From Phoronis australis (taxonomy: Eukaryota > Animalia > Phoronida): 64,000 nt of DNA. The stretch spans positions 883,990 to 947,989 of the forward strand of contig NMRA01000087.1 of assembly GCA_002633005.1 (NCBI GenBank), read 5' to 3'. Below, piece after piece: positions 40,795 through 54,079 of the stretch (its first letter is position 1; every line of letters begins with the position of its first letter). The translations under genes were made by a program, and so were the position numbers. The notes beneath the pieces were generated by a model that made no database searches, was not told the DNA's origin, and saw only the letters and a list, made by a program, of their open reading frames with translations.

Positions 40795-43700
40795 ATGGCG
40801 GCTCGTGACACGTCCACTATTTGTTTATTTGATGTTGATGGGACGCTTACAGCTCCCAGAAAGGTTTGTTGTTAAAACAAGTCACAGCTCATTAACATCA
40901 CTGCATTTTGTTGTCAATAGGGAGCGATAATCAACATTTCCTTTCAACCATGAAGAATTTATTTGGTTTCCTAATACACTCCTATTTATGACGTAATCCC
41001 TGTCCCATTCCCTGGTAACCTGACTTTTCTACACTGTTAGCAGTTGTTAACACAGGCCTGCAGCCAGGATTACGCAAGGGTGGTTCAAATTTCTAAAACT
41101 TTTTGATAATATTTCGTTAGCCTACATTATTGTCAAGAAATTTAAACGCAACAAGGACAGCGAGGACAATGTTTTTTATTTTTTTTTACAATGCCCATGT
41201 GTCATACATTTTTGAAAAGCCCTTGGAGTGAAAAATGAAATGGTGTAAAAATCATAAAAATTGGGTGAGCGGTTACCGAGAAAATGGCCGTTGAATCGCG
41301 TAAAATATCTGCCTTTCTACATAATTTTGTAAAAATTAAAGAATATACATGGGCTGCATATCAAAAGATTCATCTCATTGAGACAAACACATTAGTATGT
41401 ACTATGTACGATTTCTACAGAGACATTGCTGTTTAAGTCTGTTGTTAGCATATGGAACAGTAGGCAATTACATCGCCCTGACCATGCCGCAGGGCATAAC
41501 TTGAACATATAAAAATCTGTCATGGTTTGCTTGAGTTTCTCTCACCGGGTGCCATTTTGAGGAAGTCACGGGAAATCACACCTGTTAACGAAGAAAAAGT
41601 CCAAGGGACACAAAACTCACAAATTCCACCTGATATCTTCCCATGCTATTTTGTAAGTGTCGCGCGCCAGGTCACACGCTTCTCTCAGTCTCGCGCTGGC
41701 CTCGCAGGCAGCCATGCCCACGTCAGGGTTTTCTGCAAGTAGACAAAACGGCTACGTGTCTGGTTTTGAGCAGCAAAGGCTATAGTCAGATTACGTATAC
41801 AGAATTTAAAATAACAGGTCGTTGTAGATGCATTTTTTTAATGTTTTTCAACTACTGGCTAGGGCTGGACCTTTTCCATGTGGCTGGGGCTTTTGTATTG
41901 CTTAAGTGTCAAAGTAGCTTGTGACTGCCAATGACACTTTCAGAGTGGACAAGTGGGAAAATTGGTGATGATGAGGGGCATGGTAAGCTAAACAAATGCT
42001 TCGCCAATAACTTTTTCACTTCTACTCATTTCAAAGGCTGGCTGGCTGGCTGGTTGGTTGGCTATGAGCATGATACGTTCATCAACATGCTTGGTACTCA
42101 GTGCCGCATTACTCCCTCATAACCACAATGTTTTTAAAGATTACCATTTTGACCAAAACTCTTTCAAAATCATTGTCTCACTCTGTGTGTTGTACTTTGA
42201 GATCTTCATACCATTAAAAACCATTTTCTAGGGGTGTCAACAACAACAACAACTTTGTTTACAGGCATATTTTCTCACTTGGAATGTCAGCCATTCTTAT
42301 CTTTTGTTTTAATTGAATTCGTTGCTACTAAATGCTTGGAATTTACCGGATGACCATATTGCTTCGGCAACTGAAACTGATCTGCCACGACAAGCAAACC
42401 GCTTGAGCCCGGTCTGGGGCACTCAGATCTCGGCTCTTCTCAAGCTTAGATATGAGTTGTATTGAGTAAGGAACACCTTGAGTTTGATTTCATGCCGGTA
42501 AGTGACCAAAAATCAAAATACTGTTGTCAATGAAGGCATGGTTATTGCACCTTTAAACAGGTAAATATGAAGTATGATTATTTTTTTATTTTTCAGGTGA
42601 TTACCTCTGACATGGCAGAGTTTCTGGAGAAGCTGAAGACTCACGTGGTAGTGGGTTTGGTCGGAGGGTCAGACCTGATCAAGATCTCTGAACAGATGGG
42701 CGGGGAACCAGCAGAAGGTAAGAGGAAGCAATTAGTAGTTTCACCTGCAACCAACAGGGCCATTTTAAAGGTGAAGGCAACCCTTTTTCATGTCATTTTT
42801 AGCAAAAATAAGGTTTTTTGATTATCCCAGACATATTTCTCAGTTAATTACAGCTTTTTGGTAATTTAAACAATCACTCGCCCTCTACTCCGAAAGTGAT
42901 GTTTTGGGAGGCAAGAATTTCGTGCCAATTTATATTCAAAAAGTCTGACTGTGAGAGCTGTCGAGTTAGTCATTGTTCTATCTCGGTAGTGATAAGTTCG
43001 GTCGTCGTTTGCTTTTGTTTACGAGTCAGTCAACATGCCACACTGTTGCTGCATACCGGGATGTACTCATTATCGTCTCACGGACAGAGGAACAACTGTC
43101 CCACTTGCCCGAGTGTCCCGCGACACATTCATACTGGATATTGACCTGAGCACACAAACTGCTTACATCCTGCCGTGTGACTCCCTTGCCTCACACCTGG
43201 CATCTTCTAAAAAGCCCCAATACTTTAAACAAGTCTAGAATAAACTTATTAAAGCTTTGCTCACCGATCTGTTCATTGAACGGTGAACTGTCCTGTTCAC
43301 TGGTTGTCGAAGTGGGCCTGTATTCACTCCCACTACTCAACATTGCAGCAGGGCTGCTTACAGACTCTGAGCGATAATGAGTACATCCCGGTATGCAGCA
43401 ACACTGTGGCATGTTGACTGACTCGTAAACAAAAGCAAATGACGACCGAACTTATCACAACCGAGGTAGAACAATGACTGACTCGACAGATCTCACAGCC
43501 AGACTATATGAAAAGAAATTTGCACAAAATTTTTCCCTCCCAAACCTTCACTTCTGGAGTAGAGAATGAATAATTAATTAAACGAGAGCGCTCGGAGGAG
43601 CAACACTTGGTGAAATTACGCGAAAACAGGACGATTGGTAGGAAGACGACGACGATCATAATGACGAAGGTAGAGATTATGAACAACACAATAACATTCA

Positions 43701-46700
43701 TGTGACTTGCAAACAAATCAGTAAGAAATAGCCTGCTGTCTTGTTCACGTACCCGGTAAACTGGCAACAGTGTGAGAGCGCTCAGAGAAGCGACACTTGG
43801 TGAAATTTCGTGAATGTGTTCTATAATAATCGCACCAAGTTTCAGCCTTGTACGTCAAAAATTGCGGCCTCTATGAGCATTTGAATCTGAAACCGGAAAC
43901 AAAATGGCCGCCACGTCCGCATGTTGTCGTACCAGTACACAATGCAAGTTTTATTCGATCTCTGCTTTTTTGTTCAAATCGAACTCTTCGATAATTGTCA
44001 GTTGAGACTGCTCCCATAGATACGATTGGCTGGTATATTAGGATTAAATCATCGTAACAGTGTTACAACTTTCGCCAACACGTCACGCTCAACTCCATGT
44101 CAAAAAGGACCCAGCTTGAAGGCCTTTCTTGTCGTTCTGAATCTAAAAATTAATCAGTATATGGATTACATCATTCAAGTGGGTTGACGTGTGCTACTTA
44201 ATTACTTAATCATATACAAAAGAAAAGAAAGCATTTAATCAAAATAAAAGAACAATAGATGGCGCAACATAACGGACACAGCTCAACAAAGCTAAACCTA
44301 CATCAGAGCAGCAAGAACGATGAACCAAGGAACAGCGCTAGGTGGGTCATTCGGGGTCAACAAACCAGTCTACAGTCGGACGATGCTAGCTGGGTCATTC
44401 GGGGTCAACTTGTACAGGCATAACCAAAACAAAAGAGAGCCGGCCAGTTGCATGTGCTTGCATTGGCAATGCAATGGAGACCAAACGAACAGAAAATCTC
44501 GAATAATTCAAAAAGTAGACGTCGTAGCGAAAAATGGAAAATATCTTCTGAAAGCCCATTCACAACTTTATCTTACTTGAACGTTTCCCAACATTCCATA
44601 ACTTTTTGGAAAAAATTGAAATTTTGCTGTTTTTTTTTGAAATTCAAAGTCAAATAACTCGAAAACGGTAAGTCTGAGAAATACGCTCTCGCAGACTTTT
44701 TGAAAGACCATACTTAGAGGAATCCACTTGCACAAATTGACGTCCTTTGCTCTTCCCGTTAAAAACGCGACCGCAGAACGATTGAAACAATGTGAACATG
44801 TGCCTCAGCCGCCATCTTGAAAGTGACTTCCGGTTCAATAAACTTTTATAAAAGCTTATTAACCTCAACACACACGTGACCAGTTTGAAAATGATCGGTT
44901 CGCAAATATGCCCTCTACAGAAGAAAACATTTTTAGTCATATTTCGGGGTGTGCATGCGCCACTTCCCATATTTCTGCCATCTTTAACCGGACGTGAACG
45001 ATTTTCCGCACAATTGTAGCACATGTGTTCTAGTATACTCGTACCAATTTTCCGCCCTGTACGTCGTAACATGCGGCCTCTAGGAGCATTTGACTGTGAA
45101 ATCAGATACAAAATGGCCGCCATGTCCGCCAAGTAACAAGATTAGTGATCACTGACTGGAAGTCAAGTTGCCTGATACCTAGTAATAGTGTAACCAGGTG
45201 GTCACCATGGTATCATTATACATCTGTTAAATCAGACAGGCTGCTGCATAATTTATTGCTGGCAAATATATCTGGAGAAGATATCATCTTGGCTATGAGA
45301 CACTTCGATCAATGAACGTCAGTTTGTACCATTTTTGCTTGACTGACAGCGCAACATATAAGTTTCTGTTCTTGCCATGTTGTGTTTATCGAGAAATTGA
45401 AAAATGGTTAAAATGTTTATCATTTCATTCATTATTTGTTTAGTAAAATTATACTCATCCATGTTAATACACTTTCCACTTAAAGTTCGAAACACGAAAA
45501 TCCAGTGGTAGGTGTATGACAAATACAGCAGTGAAATTGTTTAATATTTGGGTTAGAGCATTGAACCGAACGTTATGCCAACCTGTACAAAGTACAGTAA
45601 TTTATTCCTGATGCACATGTATTTGTTTTCCAGTGTTGCCCAAGTTTGACTACGTCTTCTCAGAAAATGGTCTTGTTGCTCACAAGGAAGGAGTTCAAAT
45701 TGGGAAACAGGTATTTTGTGTGTGCACTGCCTCCATTGAGTCTTATTATGTTGTGTGCGAGTGTATATCAGCGCTAGAGAGATTTTATCATTTTAGAGTC
45801 CTGAGAAAGGATAAAGTTTAACTCCTTCTTATTCTTGACTGGTGCTCTTTGATTCATACAACCCTAGGCAGTGGAGCTCAGTGTAATAACATTATTCGTA
45901 TAATAATTGTAATAATAAAAATAATAATAATGTATTAATTCCTGTTTTTAAGGATGTAACTACTATATAATTATTATGTAAAACTATGGGAACACGAAAG
46001 ACTGTGTATGGTGCATGTTCATGTCTTGAACTTGTTCATTGCATGTCTTTTTACAGAATATTGTCTCATATATGGGTGAAGAAAAGCTTCAAACATTTAT
46101 CAACTACGCGCTGCGCTACATGTCTGACATTAAACTTCCGTGCAAGAGGTAATGAAAACGTGATAAGATGCCTGTACACCAAAAGTTGTGTTTTTGTCAA
46201 GTGATTTGCACGTTGATGCCACACATTGTCTACAGAAATGTTTTTAGTTACTCCAAAACAGTGCACTGTTTGCCTTAGTCAAATTTTTGCTTATACGTCT
46301 GTTATGGGATTTTAGACATGAATATATTTCGTAGACAACCGGATCATTTGACATCTTGTCTGCATCACTGTTAACGACTTCATCATCATCAACATTTAGT
46401 AACTAGCTTAGAATACTACACACTGGTTGAAGTTGGGTATTCAGTTTGGAAATTATAATTCTCAAAAAAATAATTCTCACTTTCATTTTCTGATTGTGTC
46501 ACCATTGATTGGAGTAGGTTTAACTTAATCATCTTTTGGTGTTCTTCATGTTACTTGCACTATTGCTAACTACAGAATCATTATGCATAATTAATCTGAT
46601 TTTGTTTGCAGAGGAACATTTGTTGAATTCCGTAATGGGATGATAAATGTGTCACCTGTAGGAAGAAGCTGCTCGCAGGCAGAAAGAGACCAATTCTTTG

Positions 46701-49700
46701 AGTATGATAAGGTAATGTGGTTGATTATTTTAAATTTTAAAGCAGTATTTTGCCCAGTTTAGCAGGCTTAAAACAAACATTGGATTAGACGTTTTGCTCT
46801 CATAAAATAATAATCCTTACCCAGTTAGGATTCCACTTCTATTAGTAACAAAAAACATGGAAACCATCAGCGACCGAAGAAAATGCTTTATAGTTCATTG
46901 GGGTCGGCCAACCCGTAATGGAGTCTCATCGCTGTATGAAATATTATTGCGGTCGATTTTATGAGAGCAAAAGACTTAGTTTGATTTTCACGTTTTAGTC
47001 AGTTAAGCAGGTCGCAATGCAGTTTGAAAGGCCATGTATACCAACATTGATGCATGTATGTCTTAGAACGAACTAATTAGCTTCCTAGCAAAAAGGTGGA
47101 TTTCATTTTATTATCCAAGTTTGTACCTTATTCTGGTTGGTATTAAAAAAATGTGTTCATGATGTTTTCGCTCTACCATCTTGGGATAACTTCGTTGAAC
47201 AGTCTACATATGTTAATGTTGATGTACGTTAGCTCTGAAGCTGCTCTCAAAGGTTCGACTTACTTAGCAGTTTCCACCTATGCTCCTCTTGTAACGGTTT
47301 TAAATTGGTCCGAAATGGCCTTGGAAGACACGGCCATTTGGTGAGAAATGTCTTGAGTGGTTTTATGAAATTGATGTATAGATTGCGTGCTTTTTCATTT
47401 TCTTTTAACTTCTTAAACGTGTTAAGGAACCACGTAAGTTTGAAAAATCTTTAAACTTAATTTTTGCTCCTTTATTGTTCTCACTGAAACTTAGCCGTAC
47501 TTGGAAGATCAACTCGCAACACATTTGAACACCACTGGAGTGCAAGGTGCTGTGAATAGGAGCCTAAAAGTGGAAATTGAGCACTTTCCTATAAGAAGTG
47601 TCCGGTTTTTAACCTACTTTACTTTTCTCTCCAGGAACATCATGTTCGGCAGACATTTATTGACAATCTCAGAAAGCAGTTTCCAAACTTGGGCCTTTCA
47701 TATTCAATAGGTGAGTGATAGGGTATGTTGAGGACACGTGGCTCAGTAAAGCAAAATTTGCTTGTAAAACTTGTAGTTTTCAAATTACCACAATCAAATC
47801 TGTGTTTTAAAACCTTTAACCACTCAAATATCTACATGAGATATGTGAATGCTATCTGACAGTTTTATTTGTACCGCATTATACTATTTTGAACATCTGT
47901 TACAGCCCGTTTTAAATGTCACTAAAAGTGCATCGTTAAAAGCTTCGCAAAACTCTGCGTTTACCATTTACTCACCAACCATTTAATATGTACAAGCACT
48001 CCGCAATGTTATGTAGGACTCTACAACAGTATCCACATCTTGCTAACTTCTGAACATCACATCTTAGAAATGGCTTAATGAATTCGTATGAAACTCGGGT
48101 ATTTTGCTTTATGTACTATAGTCCATGACACTAGGCTGTTAGGAATTGTTTTAAAAATGTTTCATGTTTGCATGAGAGGCTTTCAAAAATAGGACCTTTT
48201 ATGATTTTTGTCGGAGTTGCATAAGATGAAAATGAAATATTTTAAAAACTACAGTGTTTTTGTGATTTCATCTTGATTATTTATATCTAACAAAATTTGG
48301 TCATGTTTTGATTTCGATTGTTTGCTCTGAATGCACTTTTCTTTTTTTTTGCTAAATTTTGCTAAAAAGATGTGGTTACATAATCCATTAAACAGGTTCT
48401 ACAGATTTTCTACTTTTAGAAAATATACACTTTTACTGAGTTAAATTCAATACTTTAATAGATATTTGATTGAATGCACAGACTTGTAGACTAGGTTTTA
48501 TATAATCTCAAAGTCATCTGTCTTTTGTGCTCAGTGACCAATGCTTAAAAGTTTGGTTACTTGGTGATGGAGTCAATAAGTCCTGTGACTATTTTAAATT
48601 CCATGAATTGTATTTGTGCAATAGGCTGCTATGAATTGTCATCTTCTCACTAGGTGGTAATTAATCCTAAGTAAGTGAGTTGGGTCGAAGAGTATTGCAC
48701 TCTCTTGCTTCTTAATATTTTGGGTAGACACTGTGCTATACTCAGTCAGCTGGATTGCTCATTTTTCAAGAGTGCCTGTAATGCGCCAGGCAAAATTCAA
48801 CATGAGCCTTGGACATGAGGTCATTATGGCATGGTCTTTTCAATTCATTGTACAGTTTACAGTAGTAATATAGCCATTTTAAGGGCGAGTACACTCATTC
48901 ATTACCCTGATGCCAAATTATTGCATGACTTTGTTTTTTGTTCCTACCCAGGTGGCCAAATCAGTTTTGATGTATTTCCCGAGGGCTGGGATAAGCGTTA
49001 CTGTCTTCGCTTCCTCAAAGACGATTTTAAGACGATACATTTCTTTGGGGACAAAACAATGAAGGTAAGTCATTATTTAAGTGCATTGTCATAGGTGCAA
49101 CTGTACTGTATAATAGTAGATTCTCACTGGTTACTTGTAGTCCATTACAAAAGCCTGGCGTTTGATGTCAACTCCAGGCGACGGTGGTTTTTAATTCAAG
49201 GCTAAATTCAGATATCAATCTAGGCCATTGTTTAACTTTCCCACGGTCTTTTGTCTGGCATAAGGACTTGCATGCCATTATCTATCGGGGTTCAGAGGGT
49301 TTCTAAAACCCTTCATCAACAGGTACCAAAGAATCTAAACTTGAAAGGATACCCAACCCAACCAGGTTTTGGCCTATTAACGGAGACTAAAAATGACTTT
49401 CACATCCAGTTCACTGAAACAAAATAATGCTCTGTAACCNCCCCCGACAACCCTCAAAAGTTTAGAGGAAAATTTGAAAACTACTTTCAAAGTCTGCTAA
49501 ATGGGGAATAGTGACCTATGCTTGTTGTGAATTACACAGCAACTGTGGGAGATACCCACTCACCGCAGACCATAATGTCCAATCTGTGACATAGGGAGTA
49601 TGAGTTCTCAGTTGATCCTTGCCTTTTAACTTAAAAGATTAATACCTATGGTGCACGAGAAAGAGTATTGATGGAAATTATCGAAACGGGGTTTGGTATC

Positions 49701-51220
49701 CTTTTAATGCATATATTTTGGCTAATTTTTATCGTGTTCCTCTGCGCAAAATGATCCTAACCTAATTTTTTATTAGTATTCCACGATCAGTCTTGGTGGA
49801 CTCCCCAAGTGCGGTGCTTTACAAGAGAACGTGAATCCCTCGAATGCAATATGCCCATTCTGAACTAACTCAGTAATTGACATGGTTTGTGACCAGCCCT
49901 CATAAAATAAATTATTTTAACCAGCAGTTTCAATAGAAAGGAAACAGCTTTTTACTACTTCCAATTCAGGGGTCCATTTTTCGTCATAGTTTTTAATTTA
50001 TAGAAAAATCATGCAAAAACATACCTCACACTTGTGACTGTTTTTTACGCATTGGTGAGAGTTTTGGCTAACAGAAGTAGTTCCTTTAATATATTCATCT
50101 CAGCAGAAACCAATTACCAGATAATTAGGGCGCAGTTAATTATAGTTTGTGGCTTTCTGGTGATGAGTCTGTAATGTACCAGGGATAACGAGGTGTGCAT
50201 AACTTGCTTTGAAAATTACCAGCGCTGAGAGTGAAATGGGAATTAAATTTCAGAATCCAAGCAGTTCGAAAAATCACCAATTTTAGTCCTTGATATATTA
50301 ATTTATTTTAATCAGTGTTTTGTTAATGCGGTGAAGCCATTGCTTATACAGAGATAGGTCTATCACACACAATAGTGCCTTTGATTTATGATTGATGAAG
50401 TTCACGGTGATATGAACTGGGGCGAGTTTCTAATGCTATGGTCTGAAAGAGTGTTTCTTTATCACTGCAAAAAATCACAGTACTGAACTGAAATTCTAGT
50501 ATGTATCAGTTCTTTACTACCTTACCATGGCAATAAATGAACACTGCTAGTTAAGTCTTTCAGTATAGTCTGTGTTCACTGTTTGTTAGTCTGACATACA
50601 ATGTGTTACAGCACTCGGTTCATTTATAAAAGTTGTTTTAGACAACCTTACTATTTCCCAGTGTTGTATGAATGTGGCAACAATGAGATGCTAAAATTTT
50701 TTTTGTTTTTGGTTTGAATATCAGTGCCGGGGCAGATATTAAAGCAGCTATAAACTCAGCTTGCCTTCCGTCTAAATACTTGCCTTTGATATTGACCACG
50801 TGCCATTATCAAATTGGCCTCAACTCATTCCTTACTCAATTTAGATGTGTTTTCTGGACTGTTATTTCGTTAAAGCTTTAGTCCGGGCTTAACTAGTTGC
50901 TGTGTCACAGCCGGTCATTTTATGCTCCGGTGCATGGTCTCGAACAATGAATAACAATCTGTTCACTCCAATGCCAGAAACTGTTTATCATCTGAATAAG
51001 GATAAAATTAAGACCAAGTTAAAAGTGGTGAGTAGTCTATATTGAAATTTAGTTTATTTTACGACCGACGCGTCTCTTATAGCAGCATTAACGTGTGCTT
51101 TTCTCTTCTTAGGGAGGAAACGACCACGAGATATTTGTGGACCCTATGACTGTTGGGCATACAGTAAAGAACACTGAGGAGACTAAGCAGATCTGTGAGG
51201 AACTCTTCTTCCCAAGCTAA
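40795..51220 (+). CDS. PMM2: Phosphomannomutase (eukaryotic HAD-superfamily PMM, PMM2-like), complete, 251 aa, 8 exons
   Basis: Exons 40795-40863, 42597-42717, 45634-45710, 46057-46148, 46612-46711, 47635-47710, 48952-49064, 51113-51220 (756 nt including TAA), all GT-AG and in phase. Motifs: [11 protein letters not shown] (catalytic DxDxT), [84 protein letters not shown]. Exon 3-6 lengths (77/92/100/76) equal those I recall for human PMM2. It is probably the single pro-orthologue of vertebrate PMM1/PMM2. Confidence 0.97.
42765..43581. mobile_element. Fold-back Kolobok-like element with THAP-transposase remnants (right end truncated)
   Basis: Begins TTAA|AGGTGAAGGCAAC. Inverted arms at about 42866-43075 and 43372-43581 each encode a THAP-type start, MP(H/Q)[11 protein letters not shown]. 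The spacer on the minus strand reads [21 protein letters not shown]...[15 protein letters not shown] (degenerate CxxC...CxxGH...W). The superfamily assignment is inference from the TTAA/AGG end plus THAP. Confidence 0.7.
43582..45135. repeat. Composite interspersed repeat (HINE-like) with internal direct repeats
   Basis: Direct repeats GAGAGCGCTC...ACACTTGGTGAAATT (about 43584, 43773), GCGGCCTCTA.GAGCATTTGA...AAAATGGCCGCCA.GTCCGC (about 43864, 45072) and GCTAG.TGGGTCATTCGGGGTCAAC (about 44337, 44386). CpG-richer than the flanks. Confidence 0.5.
46737..47028. mobile_element. Short MITE of the same TTAA family as 21296-22172
   Basis: Begins TTAAAGCAGTATTTTGCCCAGTTTAGCAGGCTTAAAAC. Shared GGATTC..TT(T/C)T, GAAACCATC, GAAAATGCTT and GGCCAACCC blocks. 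Degenerate inverted end. Confidence 0.55.
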
Positions 51221-51640
51221 CCTTTGTATAACTTCATTAGGCCAATGTAGTGTACGTAGCATAATGTCAAAGGATAGTCATAATTGGGTGTCTCTATAGG
51301 TTTGCTGTGACTTGTGTTGATATCTCTAGACTTTGTAGCATTTGCTGATTTGAGAATTTCTACCTTTTGTGTAGTAATTATAAGTCAAGATCAATCAGAG
51401 ACCCCTTTTATCAGAGGTTCTTTGCCCTGTTGTATCCAAAGTGATCATAGGTCATAGGTCATAGGTTATAGGCACATGATTGCAAAAGGCCGGTATACTG
51501 TTTCATGAAACAAAGTATCACAATTTACTTTTTTTCGTAGTTTGTATTCTAACGTATCAGCCATTTTGTGGAATGTATACCTGTGACACTTCAGTTTCAT
51601 CTAAAACATAGTGTTCTACCTTTGATAAAACTTGCCCCAT

Positions 51641-51903
51641 GGATCTGTTTCATGAACGTGACTTTAGGCTTTAGACAGAAGTTTGGTCCGACACTTCAAC
51701 TTCACGGTTGCCAAGTAATTATGAACTCGTCACAGTTTAGAAATAATTATAGATATTGTCTCAGTAATAAGCACTTTTGTTTATATTCTCATAGACTGCA
51801 TTTTGCTCAAGTGAGGTTTGATTATTTTTCATGTAGTTCATGTGTGGAGCTGAAGATCACAAATTTTTTCGTGTCTTAAGTCACTTTTCCTGAAACAGAC
51901 CCC
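51641..51903. mobile_element. MITE of the same family as 1399-1627, inside the probable PMM 3' UTR
   Basis: GGATCTGTTTCATGAACGTGACTT ... AAGTCACTTTTCCTGAAACAGACCC. Confidence 0.6.
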
Positions 51904-52873
51904 TGGTTTTGACAGTCATCCTTCATGGTGGTTGGTTGAATGCATCTTAACATTAACAATTATCAATCAGCATTTTGTTGTCTTCAACCTTGTACTGTCC
52001 ACGCTTCAATATCAGACTTATTTTTTAAAACACCCTGTTCAAACTCCTTCAGCAAGACACAATGCTAATGCCACATTTAATGATTATCACCAATTAATTA
52101 CACGCGATTGTTCACAATTGTAGGTCCATTTTTGTTTGTGGCATTTCTGTTGAACCCCTGTCGAAGTAAGTTATCCTTCAGTCCAACCCAGGTCTAGTCA
52201 ATGTCTTGATGTTATTTGAGGTCTTCTTTTTGAAATGCGATTATTTATTCTGTTAGATATTTCTCAGCAGCACAGGGTGTAGTTGTCTGTGATAAACTCA
52301 TTTGTAGCCTAGGATTGGTGTAGATATTTTAATCTAATAAAACTTGCATAAGTCAAATCCTCACTTAACTTGTCCAAGTTCCTTGCTCAAGTTCGTATAC
52401 TGCTCTTCGGATAATCTTTATTCACCCTACTTGAATAAAATGTTTTGGTCCGAGTGGATGAGTCATGTGCGAGATTTACTGTATCTAAAACCAATGCGAT
52501 ATTTTTATTAATTTATTATGGTCACGTTTTGTAGATATTTTGCCATAATTTATAGCTCGCGTAGATCTCATGGCATCACCCAAAGCATTGTTTCAATGGT
52601 CCTTTGTTTTCTTAAAATCACGTACAAGTCCTAATTACCACTTTCAAACTGTAATAAATCCAGTTGAGGGTCATCAAAAGTAGTTCATAATATGGTCAAG
52701 TCAAGTTAGAACCACAATCACTTAAAACATACTCTGAAATGTATTCCAGACAAAAAGGGTGTGCCTGAAGATGGCACTGTAAATGACTTGAAGGTTCCAA
52801 AATTAGTCGTTCAAGTAAAACTCAAAAGTATTGTATTTTTGTTATTAGTCTCAAACGCAAATACCATAGTGTA

Positions 52874-52927
52874 AACATTCTGTTATTGTATGTGGTGGAT
52901 TAACATTCTGTTATTGTATATGGTGGA
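52874..52927. repeat. 28-bp tandem duplication in the probable CARHSP1 3' UTR
   Basis: AACATTCTGTTATTGTAT(G/A)TGGTGGA twice. Confidence 0.85.
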
Positions 52928-54079
52928 AAATGATTATAATAGAAACAGAATAATTCAGAGGTATTCAGAGTTATATTTCCAACAATTACAGTAACAAAAG
53001 TTCCATCAAGTATCACACTATACAGTATTCACATGTGCCTTGATTTATTTAGTCATCTTTTCGACCTATTGCATTTCTTACTTTCCCTCTTATAACGATA
53101 CGAAATGACGAGACCTACGCATATGCTCAGTTTCAGCTACCCTGCTTAGAAGCAATTGAAATTTCTACTTATTAAACTCTGTGCCCCACCACTATGATCC
53201 AGTGCAATGGTAAAATGTTGGCTTTCTCTAAGCTGGGTCATCAAGATCTTTATCAATATCCACATTTCTAAAAGCCTTATGTATTGGATTAAATGTTTTC
53301 CTTCATCATTTTATGACTGACAAAACCTAGAATCAACATGTAATTGTTAATGACTTTCCAACACTGTTGCACTAATCCTGTGCCATAGTATAACAGTACG
53401 AGAAGACCAGAGTACAAAGAAGAAAACTGGACTCTACACTAAGTACCTGTGTGCAAATTTTTACTTTTTGCTACAAGCTGCATTTTGATGCGATTGGATC
53501 AAAACTTAGCACTGATCACATCAGCTTACTAGATGTTTTTGAACATGCAGTAATAAAGACAGTGGAGCACTTCAGAACAGTTTCTAAATATTTTTACTAC
53601 TTTTCTTGTTAGAAAGTTTGTATGGCACCAAATATTGTACACTGTTGCCGTTGTTTGGTCCACTGCAGTAGACTAACTGTATAACTAAGCTCTTCATATG
53701 GCAAATTAAAATAGACTTGAACCTGGAAACCAGGAAAGACTTAACACAAATCTTGACGGAAATGAATGCAAAAAGAAGAACGTATAAGAACAAACGTAAA
53801 GTCCTTCGCTGGAAATTGAATTGCACCGCATTTTCTTTCAGAAGGAAAGCAGCCATGGCAATGCATCATTTTCAACATGAGTCCTTTTCATGTACTTGCT
53901 CTGCTCCATTAAAATTATTTTTGCTCAGCAAGTCACAAATGACTTAATTCCCATTTGCTTTAAACAATCACCTACAGAAAACTTTTATCATATGACAAGT
54001 CCGTAATAAACAAAGACGATGAAAATCCTTTATTCTAGCCATCTGAGCGTCTCTTGCACTTTGTCGTGAATGGATGTCC

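Noticed and set aside
44650-45132. 160-aa minus-strand ORF (longest in the window)
   Set aside because: It lies within an interspersed repeat, starts in the repeated AAAATGGCCGCC module and has no recognisable domain.
49440-49440. Single N base
   Set aside because: This is an assembly ambiguity in PMM intron 7, not a biological feature.
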